This document shows, one piece after another, positions 36,651 to 45,158 of a stretch of 64,000 nt of DNA. The first letter of the stretch is position 1. Each line of letters begins with the position of its first letter. Source of the stretch: Phycisphaerae bacterium (GTDB taxonomy: Bacteria; Planctomycetota; Phycisphaerae; SM23-33); assembly GCA_963664745.2 (NCBI GenBank), contig CAXXMC010000001.1, positions 264 to 64,263 of the forward strand, given 5' to 3'. Under the pieces are notes generated by a model, which was not told the DNA's origin, made no database searches, and was given only the letters and a program-made list of their open reading frames with translations. The translations under genes and the position numbers were made by a program.

Positions 36651-37165
36651 TTAGAACTTTAAAACTGCCGCCTGACATGAAAAGCCCGAGAGGCGTGGCC
36701 CCAGTTGCAATGTTGTTGGACAAAAGCGTCAAATACGAAGAACCCGTATCGATCCAAACCTGCGCAGAAACAGTCGTCTGAGCGCCTATATCGCTCGAAG
36801 AGGTAAAGCCTTTGGAAAGCGAATCGCTCGGGGAATAAAATAATCCCGATTGTCCACCGCTTATGACTTTAGTATAACCAGAGGTCAAAGGGTCCGGAGT
36901 AATACGCATGGAGGGGGGAGGAGTGGTACTGAAAGTACTCCAGCCATCCACACCAAAAAAACTCGTCCCAGCTGTGTAAGTGGGGGACTCGAAATCACAT
37001 TCGATCGCTCCTTGCGAAACCGATATCAACATGGATAACAACGCTACTACTACCAGCATTCGGTTTTTCATAACCAAATCTCCTTTCAGTTGGAGTAACC
37101 CTCAACGAGAGTGGCACCTTGCCACAATAGACTCGTATAAACTGCTGTTACTGACCTTAAAAAAT

Positions 37166-38484
37166 CACTAATGTCCCATCATAAGTTGAACAAGGACAAT
37201 TGGTTGTAATTTTGATTGCTTTGAATATTGTAATTTGTTTGCGAAAAGGCATGTAAAATAGGCATTTTCTCGAACAGGCTGAGACTTAGAATCTGTAATA
37301 AAGTGTAGAGGCTCTGATTGAGAGCCAGCTGTTTTTTGACAATCGCAACAAGGACGTAAACGCTCACGGCTATCCAGATTTGGGTTTTGACTGCATTGGC
37401 GGTCGTGCCGAAGAATCGTTTTATGCACAGGTGACCTTTGATCCATTTGAAAAACAGTTCGACCTGCCAGCGGCATCGATACAGCATCGCGATTACCAAG
37501 GCCGGAATATTGAACAGATTGGTTAAAAACACAAGACGATTGTCGGTTTCGGCGTCGTAATATTTCACTTGTCGAAGTTGATCTGGATAATCTTTGGCGG
37601 CATAAAAGTTTGTCAGCTGAACGGTTTGGTCGTATATCAACCCCGTCGATTTGTCGATGGGATGCGAGTAAATTCGTCTGGTTCGTGTGTTTGATTTTGT
37701 GCGAGTGACGAAGAAAGCACCGGCTTGATGCATAGCGAACAATCTCTCGAAATCGAGATAGCCACGGTCCATCAGATAGATGGCTGACGGCAGAATCGGC
37801 AGATCGTCGAGAATGTTGACATCGTGCACTGAACCCTCTGAAATATAGATGAATTCGGGTATCGAACCTTTGATGTTTAACAGCGTATGCATTTTGACAG
37901 CCGCTTTTGTCGTACGAAAAGTTGCCCACGGAAACATAGAAAGGCACAAGTCGATTGTTGTCGAATCGAGTGCGTAGATAGTGTTTTCCAAATCGAAGCC
38001 GAGTTCCGTATCGGCATACAATTTGGTTGCTGTTACGATGAGAGTTTGAGCAAAGTCGGCGTAGATTTGCCAGGGTCGCACCTGATTGGCGTTGGCCAGT
38101 GTGTTGCGTGAAATCCGTTTGCAGCGGAATCCGGCATGATAGAGTTTTGAGCCGAACGTTTGCAGACAGACTTCGATGTCTCGTAGTGATTCCCTGCCGG
38201 TGAGTTGTGCGAAAACCATGCAGAGATACTGGTCGAGACATGAGAAGGTTTTGATTTTGTGGTTGCCGTTGTAGCGTTGCACGCATCGATGAAATTCGTC
38301 GCGTGGCAGGAAGTCCATGAGTTGCGAAAAGATTGTTCGTCCGTCGTTCATTTGCTATTCCTTTTTCAAAGATAGCAAAAAAATGTACGACGCCGTTCAA
38401 ATCGATCCAAGTTGTTTTTTGATGTAACATTTTTTATATGTTTAACTTAACAAAATTTAAAATCCCAACGTTGGGACAGCAGTG
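37166..38484 (-). mobile_element. IS4-family insertion sequence (DUF4372-type transposase) with 9-bp target duplication
   Basis: The imperfect terminal IRs are cactaatgtccca at 37166.. and tgggacagcagtg ending at 38484. They are flanked by the direct repeat TTAAAAAAT at 37157..37165 and 38485..38493. Confidence 0.85.
37179..38351 (-). CDS. IS4-family DDE transposase (N-terminal DUF4372-like domain)
   Basis: This is a 390-aa ORF. The N-terminus is MNDGRTIFSQLMDFLPRDEFHRCVQRYNGNHKIKTFSCLDQYLCMVFAQLTGRESLRDIE. The DDE signature reads ..ALDSTTIDL.., ..YLMDRGY.. and ..YRCRWQVELFFKWIK.. Confidence 0.9.
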   Translation of the reverse strand: MNDGRTIFSQLMDFLPRDEFHRCVQRYNGNHKIKTFSCLDQYLCMVFAQLTGRESLRDIEVCLQTFGSKLYHAGFRCKRISRNTLANANQVRPWQIYADFAQTLIVTATKLYADTELGFDLENTIYALDSTTIDLCLSMFPWATFRTTKAAVKMHTLLNIKGSIPEFIYISEGSVHDVNILDDLPILPSAIYLMDRGYLDFERLFAMHQAGAFFVTRTKSNTRTRRIYSHPIDKSTGLIYDQTVQLTNFYAAKDYPDQLRQVKYYDAETDNRLVFLTNLFNIPALVIAMLYRCRWQVELFFKWIKGHLCIKRFFGTTANAVKTQIWIAVSVYVLVAIVKKQLALNQSLYTLLQILSLSLFEKMPILHAFSQTNYNIQSNQNYNQLSLFNL

Positions 38485-38746
38485 TTAAAAAATCTTTTCT
38501 TTTCACTCCAAACTTGACTTAGCTTTAACTAACTCAAAATTAATCCTGTGTGGGCTTCATTATACAACAGCTACTGCTCTAGATCAAGAAAATTTCCTGG
38601 AAAATCATCTTAGCTCTTTTATGGGAGAGTATTCTTTTAACTGTTTTTATTAGATATCTTTAAATGGGTTTGTTTATGAAAATATTTATTTTTTTGAGGA
38701 ACATGTGGGTTGCAAAAAGCCTATTTTTCTGTTATAGTTCTATAGT

Positions 38747-39868
38747 ATGATGGCAATTTATTCAGAAGAACTTCAGAAAAAAGACAAAACCAAGGGTAAG
38801 GGCAGCAATGCCAGCAAAAAAACTGTACATAGGTATGTACAAATCGCGTCTTACCTGAGGCGGGAAATCAATCAGCGAGTATACGCTCCCAATGAGCCTC
38901 TTCCGGGCCAGCGGGATTTAGCAAAACGTTTCAATACCTCCTTCATGACCGTGGGGCAGGCGCTAAACCAATTGACAGAGGAAGGGATTGTACGACGCAT
39001 ACCCCGCCAGGGAACGTTTGTCAATGACCCGGCAACAACGTCTCAGGGAATCGTGGGGATTCTGACTTCTATTGGCACCAGGGATTTTTCGAAGTATTTT
39101 ACTCCCGTTGAAGCCAAGCTGCGAGATGCAAGGTTTCGAGCTTTAATATTTGGTGGAGCCGGTGATTACGTTGCTGAAGAGCAAGCTTTTCGGGAAATGG
39201 GAAAGTTTAAGGAGAGAGGACTTATAATTTACAGTTACTATGCAGATCAGTTCACCGAACGCATTGCTGATCTGGTTGCGGGCGGGATAGCATGTGTAGC
39301 CATGTACCGGCCTATTAAAGGCATTGACAGTGTTCGCCCTGATTCTAAACAGGCAGGAGCGCTGCAAGCGGAGCATGCTGCCAGACTTGGTGCTCGCAAA
39401 ATTATCTATATAGGCTATGAAAGCCAGGAATATGGCCGACTTCAAACCGAGGGGTTGGTAGAACGTGCAAAAGCACTAGGTTTGAGTTCTCTCGAAGATG
39501 GTATCCGTCTGATTCAAAGCGAACTCGGCGCAGCTGGCGAACGAGAAATTCATCGCAGGATCAAACAGATCATAAATACCGAATTCAAAAACGGTGATTA
39601 CCCGGATACATTGATCGTTTATGGTGATTCTTATCTACATACAGCATGTCAGGTTCTGACGAAAAAAGGGATCAGGCCAGGAATCGATGTCAATCTGATT
39701 GGAGATGCCGACTGCCATATTCCAAACCTCAGTTATGCAACTACCAACGAAAAGATAGATGAAATAACTTCAAAAGCAGTCCAGATGCTTCTGGAACGAA
39801 TCAACGGCGTCTATGCCGGTCCGGCTCGGACTGTGTTGGTTCAGCCTGAGCCTGTTATTCACGAATGA
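38747..39868 (+). CDS. Transcriptional regulator with GntR-type winged HTH fused to a LacI/PBP-type sugar-binding domain
   Basis: The GntR HTH is ..YAPNEPLPGQRDLAKRFNTSFMTVGQALNQLTEEGIVRRIPRQGTFV.. A periplasmic-binding-protein-like domain of ~270 aa follows. Confidence 0.75.
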   Translation: MMAIYSEELQKKDKTKGKGSNASKKTVHRYVQIASYLRREINQRVYAPNEPLPGQRDLAKRFNTSFMTVGQALNQLTEEGIVRRIPRQGTFVNDPATTSQGIVGILTSIGTRDFSKYFTPVEAKLRDARFRALIFGGAGDYVAEEQAFREMGKFKERGLIIYSYYADQFTERIADLVAGGIACVAMYRPIKGIDSVRPDSKQAGALQAEHAARLGARKIIYIGYESQEYGRLQTEGLVERAKALGLSSLEDGIRLIQSELGAAGEREIHRRIKQIINTEFKNGDYPDTLIVYGDSYLHTACQVLTKKGIRPGIDVNLIGDADCHIPNLSYATTNEKIDEITSKAVQMLLERINGVYAGPARTVLVQPEPVIHE

Positions 39869-39895
39869 CGCAAAATGCAAAACATATTATACTTG

Positions 39896-40216
39896 TTATG
39901 AGCTTGCATTTAGAATTGTGTTAATAAAAGTATAGGCGACATCTCGTTGTTCGCCGGGAAAACCATGGCCTTGCTGATGCAGCAGACTTTTGAAATCTGA
40001 CCGTTTTCCTGTTAGATCATAAACATTCTCAATGCTTTGACGCATTTGTTCGAAACCTTCTTGCAACATATAACATACTACGACATGCGACCAAGGACTA
40101 AAGCCGCGTGCCTTTTTGTCCACTCCATGCTTGCGGGCCAGCTGCGGAACAAGATTGCGAGGAATTAAATTGCAGATTTGGTTCAGAATGGTATTCTTTG
40201 AAGTAGCGGGTTTCAT
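39896..40216 (-). pseudogene. N-terminal fragment of an IS4-family (DUF4372-type) transposase
   Basis: From the Met at 40216 the sequence reads MKPATSKNTILNQICNLIPRNLVPQLARKHGVDKKARGFSPWSHVV.., which is the typical N-terminus of this transposase group. The ORF ends after ~107 aa with no DDE core. Confidence 0.55.
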
Positions 40217-40319
40217 GGGTTGCTCCTGTCTGTTTTGTCGCAAACAGAGTACCTCATAGCCCGCTACTTTACAAAATATCATCATCCCAGAGAATTGTTA
40301 TGGGATGGCTGTGACATTG

Positions 40320-40559
40320 TTTAGCTTGGGCTTCTGCCGTTTCAGAACTGTAAGCTGTTGCCGCAATGCAAGATTCTCCGCAACCAGACTTGCCCGTGAA
40401 AAGAAGAACGCTCGAACAATCAACAAAAGACACCAAACAAAAACCATAAAAATCTCCAAACTCATAACAATGAAGGAAGATTTTATCACGATTTGATGAA
40501 TATGGCAATCGCCATAAGTCCTTATCTATAAAGAAGGACAATATTTTCGGGATGGACAG
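40320..40559 (-). pseudogene. Second, shorter copy of the rve-type IS 5' end
   Basis: It matches 30150..30395 over ~240 nt and encodes ..ENLALRQQLTVLKRQKP before homology stops. The outer ends agree: ..cgggatggacag here and ..cggtagggacag in the other copy. Confidence 0.65.
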
Positions 40560-40575
40560 GTCTTTTATTAAAAAC

Positions 40576-40805
40576 GCCGACAAATAATGCTTCTGAACAG
40601 GCTATTTCGTTTTGTGGTGATCGATCGGCGTGTGACACAAGGTACGCGAAGCTTCGCCGGTATGCGCTGGTGCGAAATAGCATGGACGGTCATAGCCACA
40701 TGCGCCCGACACGGATACAGCGTTTACCAATTCTTCCTCAATGCCATCAACGCCAACTACACCAACACCCCATATCCAAAACTTATCCCCGCAAACCTGT
40801 GAAGG
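40576..40805 (+). pseudogene. C-terminal fragment of an IS66-family transposase (opposite orientation to the 28.5-kb copy)
   Basis: It encodes ..RFVVIDRRVTQGTRSFAGMRWCEIAWTVIATCARHGYSVYQFFLNAINANYTNTPYPKLIPANL*. This is homologous at nucleotide level to the reverse complement of 28563..28790. Both copies end at ..ctgtgaagg. Confidence 0.7.
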
Positions 40806-40893
40806 GATAAATTCACTGACATCTCACATCGTTTCTGTACACCCTGGATCCCCGCCTTCGCGAGGATGACAACTACACAACCAATGTAAAAAA

Positions 40894-42552
40894 TCATTCG
40901 ACGACGAGTTGATGTTTGTTTCGTTTGACCATCTGGTGTCTTTGCCAGACTGGGTCGGGGTTGGGGAAGTCTGACCGGAAGTGGACCCCCCTGCTTTCCG
41001 TGCGGCGCAGGGCAAGCTCTGCTATCAGCCAGGCTGTGGTGAGCATGTTCTGAATCTCCCAGCCTTTCGGGTCGTTGAAAAATTCCTTATCCAGCACATA
41101 CCTGCCCCAGAAATCTATGATTTCGATGGACTCCGTCAAATGCTGGCCGTCGCGTACGATGCCGATATTCCGCCACATCATCGCGCGCAGCGAATTACGA
41201 ATATCCGCAAGGTCAAGTTCCGTGCGGTCTGAGCGTTCGACTTTCCAGTCGAAATTGCCGGTATTGTATTTTCCGTTATACTGGGCCAGCTGCTCGCCAG
41301 CGACCTGGCCTGCGCGTGCGCCAAAGACAAGCGCCTCCGGCAGGCTGTTGGAGGCGAGCCTATTCCCGCCGTGCAATCCCGTACAGGCAACCTCGCCGCA
41401 TGCAAGCAGGCCGTCCAGCGAAGTCCTGCCGTCAATGTCAACCTTTACCCCGCCGATCATGTAATGAGCAGCTGGGTGAACGGGGATCAGATCCTTACCC
41501 GGGTCAATGTCAAACGCGCGACACTGGGCATCTATGAAGGGGAATCTCTTGGCGAACCGCTCAGCCCCGATATGTCGTACATCCAAAAAGACTTTGTTCG
41601 TGCCGGTTTTGACGATCCTGTCCAGAATGGCCTGGCTGACGATATCGCGCGGCGCCAGTTCCGCCATTTCGTGATACTCAGACATGAACCGATGTCCGTC
41701 ACGATCCACGAGATATGCCCCCTCGCCGCGGACGGCTTCGCTGATCAGCGCGCGGGACGCACCAGCTACGTACAACGTCGTCGGGTGAAACTGCATCATT
41801 TCCAGGTCGGCCAGCGCAGCCCCGGCCCGGAACGCCATTGCCAGACCGTCGCCCGTAGCCACAGCTGGGTTGGAAGTCTCCCGCCAAAGCACGCCCGCAC
41901 CGCCGGATGCAAGTATCACCTGCCGGGCCAGGATAATCTGCATGCCGAACCGCGAATGATAAGTCAATGCTCCTATACATTTTGCGCCAGGCCCGCCTTC
42001 CGGCGGATCGGTCAGGATATCCAGCGCGAAACATTCATCCAAAATTTTCAGGTCTGCTGATTCCGCAGCCTTGGCCATGAGGGTCTCTTCCAATACCCTG
42101 CCTGTCGAGTCGCCGTCGGCATGGACGATCCTGTTGGCGCTATGACCTCCCTCGCGTCCCAGGCTAAGCTCCCCGCTGCCGGAATGAACCTTGTCAAACT
42201 CCAATCCCCACTGAAGCAACTGACTTATATGTCTGGGGGCTGAGGTTATGCAATGACGAACAACTTCTTCGTCGCTTATACCCACGCCGGTCGTGAGGGT
42301 ATCGTTAATGTGATCTTCAAGATTGTCGGCCTCGTCCAGAACCGCAGCCAGACCGCCCTGGGCATAATAAGTGTTGGATTCTAGAGGCTTGCCTTTTGTG
42401 AGAAGGATCACCTGGCCTGAGTTGGCAGCTTCGATAGCTGCGCGAAGCCCAGCTGCCCCGCCTCCTATGACCAAAACATCCGTAAAAATATGTGGTATAC
42501 GTCGGCTGGCAAAACTCACCAGGTATCTGCGTTGAAGATATAGACTCGCCAT
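40894..42552 (-). CDS. nadB: L-aspartate oxidase
   Basis: This is a 552-aa ORF. The FAD motif is DVLVIGGGAAGLRAAIEA. The sequence ..NTYYAQGGLAAVL.., ..HPTTL.. and ..RTESRGVHFRSDFP.. is typical of NadB in the succinate-dehydrogenase flavoprotein family. Confidence 0.9.
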   Translation of the reverse strand: MASLYLQRRYLVSFASRRIPHIFTDVLVIGGGAAGLRAAIEAANSGQVILLTKGKPLESNTYYAQGGLAAVLDEADNLEDHINDTLTTGVGISDEEVVRHCITSAPRHISQLLQWGLEFDKVHSGSGELSLGREGGHSANRIVHADGDSTGRVLEETLMAKAAESADLKILDECFALDILTDPPEGGPGAKCIGALTYHSRFGMQIILARQVILASGGAGVLWRETSNPAVATGDGLAMAFRAGAALADLEMMQFHPTTLYVAGASRALISEAVRGEGAYLVDRDGHRFMSEYHEMAELAPRDIVSQAILDRIVKTGTNKVFLDVRHIGAERFAKRFPFIDAQCRAFDIDPGKDLIPVHPAAHYMIGGVKVDIDGRTSLDGLLACGEVACTGLHGGNRLASNSLPEALVFGARAGQVAGEQLAQYNGKYNTGNFDWKVERSDRTELDLADIRNSLRAMMWRNIGIVRDGQHLTESIEIIDFWGRYVLDKEFFNDPKGWEIQNMLTTAWLIAELALRRTESRGVHFRSDFPNPDPVWQRHQMVKRNKHQLVVE

Positions 42553-42575
42553 TGTTTATTCTTTTTGATTAAGCG

Positions 42576-43124
42576 TTATCGTATTTTGTCCGGGACATCC
42601 CCGCCCAGGGATTCTTTACGTTCCTTGGCCTGTTGTATTTTGAAGCGGAGATAATTCCGCTCCGTCGGAAGTCCCGCCTTTTCCCAGTCAATAAGGATAG
42701 TCTCTGCCAGCTTGGCGTTATGGGCTTTTAGCTCTTCAAGCATTGCAAAATCCGGCGAATCTTTCTTTGCTGAGAGAATCGCATCGTGACAATCCACGCT
42801 GAAAATGAACATCGTGTCATTCGGAGGCCTGGAGATGCGAAATTTCATGTTCGGGTAAAAAGTATTGCCCAGCCGAAACGCAGCCGATCTTACAATCTCC
42901 AGCGGAGCACTGGCTGGGTCTCGTTCAACCATTTCGCCCATTATCCAGGCAGCGACGTCAAATTCGCCCTCATCTGGCAGATATCCGCTTATAGTTTCCG
43001 GAAAATCGCCCAAATAAGCATGGCCAAGGTAAATATCGATGGCACAGTGAAGCTGATCTGGAGTAGGCAGCCGTAACTTATTTTTGTCTGAATCTTGCAT
43101 TTTGTTGAAAAAAAAAGAGATCAT
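42576..43124 (-). CDS. Hypothetical protein
   Basis: This 182-aa ORF shows coding-like composition and sits 23 nt downstream of nadB on the same strand. I recognised no family. Confidence 0.55.
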   Translation of the reverse strand: MISFFFNKMQDSDKNKLRLPTPDQLHCAIDIYLGHAYLGDFPETISGYLPDEGEFDVAAWIMGEMVERDPASAPLEIVRSAAFRLGNTFYPNMKFRISRPPNDTMFIFSVDCHDAILSAKKDSPDFAMLEELKAHNAKLAETILIDWEKAGLPTERNYLRFKIQQAKERKESLGGDVPDKIR

Positions 43125-43206
43125 TAATGTTCAGTACATAAAATTAACGATACCTTGTAGAGAGTATAATGGCAATGGTGGATTTTTTTTGGTAGATTAA
43201 TTTTTA

Positions 43207-43587
43207 ATGATTTCAGGAAAACCCTTAATCTTGGTTGTCGAGGACGATGTGGAGATGAATGAACTCCAGCGAGAATTGCTGGCGATTCATGGCATGGAAG
43301 CCGTCCCCGCTTACAATGGTATCGAAGCGCTGGAGTTGAGCCTGACCTGCCAGGCCGACGCAGTACTGCTGGACATAATGCTTCCGGAGATGGATGGATT
43401 TGAGACCTGCGAGCATCTTCGCCAGGGCAAAAACCATAATATTCCGATAATAATCCTCACCGCTATGGATAGCGACGAATGCAGACAACGAGGCTTCTCT
43501 GCCGGTGCCGATGCGTACTTCGTCAAGCCGTTCGATCCAGACGAAGTAATAAACACACTCCGCAGTTTGATCGAAGAATCAAAATAG
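43207..43587 (+). CDS. Stand-alone response-regulator receiver (CheY-like) protein
   Basis: ..LILVVEDDVEMNE.., the phospho-acceptor region ..AVLLDIMLPEMDGFE.., then ..IIILTA.. and ..YFVKPF.. No output domain is present. Confidence 0.9.
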   Translation: MISGKPLILVVEDDVEMNELQRELLAIHGMEAVPAYNGIEALELSLTCQADAVLLDIMLPEMDGFETCEHLRQGKNHNIPIIILTAMDSDECRQRGFSAGADAYFVKPFDPDEVINTLRSLIEESK

Positions 43588-43629
43588 CCCCAACTTCATT
43601 CCCTTTTGTCGGTTTTTCAGGAGTGGATA

Positions 43630-43983
43630 TTACTGCACAACGAAAGTCGGTATTTCAGGCTCTATTTCGTCCATATAAGGCCTGGCCTGGGTAACAATGT
43701 ATCGCCATTTGATATACGATTGCAGTTCCATGGTTTCAATCCGGATTCCAACCCCATAATCAGCTCTTCGTACAACCTTGCCGCAACATTCGATGATCTC
43801 TGCGGGATCGTCACCTGCCTGTATTGATATTCCTACACTGGAATTCAATTTCAGCTCTTTGTCCACCCTGGCGAACAGCCCGTTTATGCTGATATCTTGT
43901 GTTTCTCCAACAATTTCTGCCTCTTTGCATGTCAGAGTTAACGGGAGAATCAGCTCTGTTCGTGGATATAATCGCTTGTTCAT
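43630..43983 (-). CDS. PilZ-domain protein (putative c-di-GMP receptor)
   Basis: From the ATG at 43983 the sequence reads MNKRLYPRTELILPLT..GETQDISINGLFARV.., which matches the RxxxR / D.S..G PilZ motifs. Confidence 0.7.
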   Translation of the reverse strand: MNKRLYPRTELILPLTLTCKEAEIVGETQDISINGLFARVDKELKLNSSVGISIQAGDDPAEIIECCGKVVRRADYGVGIRIETMELQSYIKWRYIVTQARPYMDEIEPEIPTFVVQ

Positions 43984-43993
43984 AGCCTGTTCC

Positions 43994-44224
43994 TTAATAT
44001 TGCCCAAACTGTAAACCCATCCGGTACCGGACGATATATCGGAAGTTATAATGACGATCTTTTATGGCTTTTGGGACTTTATCGCTGTTTTTTGGACAAA
44101 AAATTTTTATTACCTTTGTGCCTGTAAGGTTTTGGCGAATATATCTCTTCAATTCCGGTTGACCTGTCACTGTAATGACTGGCGTCAGCGAAAAAAATAT
44201 TCCAGAGAATAAAAGACTCCACAC
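43994..44224 (-). CDS. Small hypothetical membrane/secreted protein (start uncertain)
   Basis: The frame is open between the lipoprotein gene and the PilZ gene. It has a hydrophobic N-terminus (..WSLLFSGIFFSLTPVITV..) and a basic C-terminus. The ORF-track start at 44347 overlaps the upstream gene, and the GTG at 44224 is only one possibility. Confidence 0.3.
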   Translation of the reverse strand: MWSLLFSGIFFSLTPVITVTGQPELKRYIRQNLTGTKVIKIFCPKNSDKVPKAIKDRHYNFRYIVRYRMGLQFGQY

Positions 44225-44310
44225 TACCCTTTTGTTAACGAACCAACCCTTTTTGAAAAAAAGCCTTGCCGGAAAACATCGGAAAATCCAAACGGAAATT
44301 TCAATGCCAA

Positions 44311-45003
44311 TTACTTTTTTTGTGGAAATCTGTCTACAGCGGCCCACTTATCGCGATTTTTTTCAATAACTTCAAGCAAATCACTTGCCTGCTGACGATC
44401 GCGAGGGTTTCGCCCCAATCGTTTAACTGTTCTTAGCTGTGCCTCGACCAATTTGAACAAGCGCTGGGCATCGGGGTCCTGGCTGGGCAGAAAGTCGATC
44501 ACATCACAGAATTTACGGGCACCATCCAGCATTTTTTCGTCAGAATAGCTGTTTCCGGGCAATGCCTTCGGCAGGCTTACCTGGAGGGGCTTTTTCCCGG
44601 CGTACGCCCTGTCGAAATGCATATCCAGAAATTCGTCGGGTTGGTAGTCTTCGTGAAAGACCCAGTACTCCCAGCCTTGCGGTATGGCACGGGCATATGG
44701 GCCTATCGTGGTAACCCTGTAGCCTGCCTGATGCAACTCATCTCCGGTGTTCACCCGTTTGACATTCGCATCGAGAGGCATCATTGGGCCTGCTTCCTCT
44801 TCCTCAAAAACCCAGATTCGCCCTTGGGATTCCAAGCCCTGGCTGTGGATCGTCAACAAAAGCGAGTCTTTGATCGGCTCACCGTCTGGAAATTCGATTA
44901 TTTTCAGGCTCACCGTACCTTCATGGTCGGTCACACAGCCTGCTGTCTGCAGCGAGAGACAGACCAGACATGCCGACAACAGGAGCAGGATTTTTCCGTT
45001 CAT
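44311..45003 (-). CDS. Hypothetical lipoprotein
   Basis: The ATG at 45003 gives MNGKILLLLSACLVCLSLQTAGC, a signal peptide with a lipobox. I recognised no family. Confidence 0.6.
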   Translation of the reverse strand: MNGKILLLLSACLVCLSLQTAGCVTDHEGTVSLKIIEFPDGEPIKDSLLLTIHSQGLESQGRIWVFEEEEAGPMMPLDANVKRVNTGDELHQAGYRVTTIGPYARAIPQGWEYWVFHEDYQPDEFLDMHFDRAYAGKKPLQVSLPKALPGNSYSDEKMLDGARKFCDVIDFLPSQDPDAQRLFKLVEAQLRTVKRLGRNPRDRQQASDLLEVIEKNRDKWAAVDRFPQKK

Positions 45004-45158
45004 AGCCTGGAGTTTAAGGCAGCGGACGCCTTTCGTCAATAAAGCGGTTGTAATGAAAATTGGAATCAGGCTTGTAGACTTAGGCTTTTGCATGTAAAAT
45101 CTAAGACTTGCGGAAATTCCGCCAAAACCACTATGTTTTTGAAATATATGGAGAAACG

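Larger units (their letters stand above)
34645..37077 (-). pseudogene. Dockerin-repeat/PEP-CTERM surface protein gene split by an IS701-family insertion
   Basis: The N-terminal part (36651..37077: signal peptide MVMKNRMLVVVALLSMLISVSQG, ending ..GGSFKVL) and the C-terminal part (34645..35178: SVSTGAWVSVPVL.., dockerin repeats, then PEPATLSLLTIGGTVFLRRRK) join in frame. The join works once the IS (35179..36650) and one copy of the 4-bp duplication are removed. Confidence 0.85.

Noticed and set aside
37168-38430. A 420-aa ORF lies on the same strand as the IS4 transposase but in another frame.
   Set aside because: Its translation is Arg/Ser-rich and motif-free. The 37179..38351 frame gives a textbook IS4 (DUF4372 + DDE) protein.
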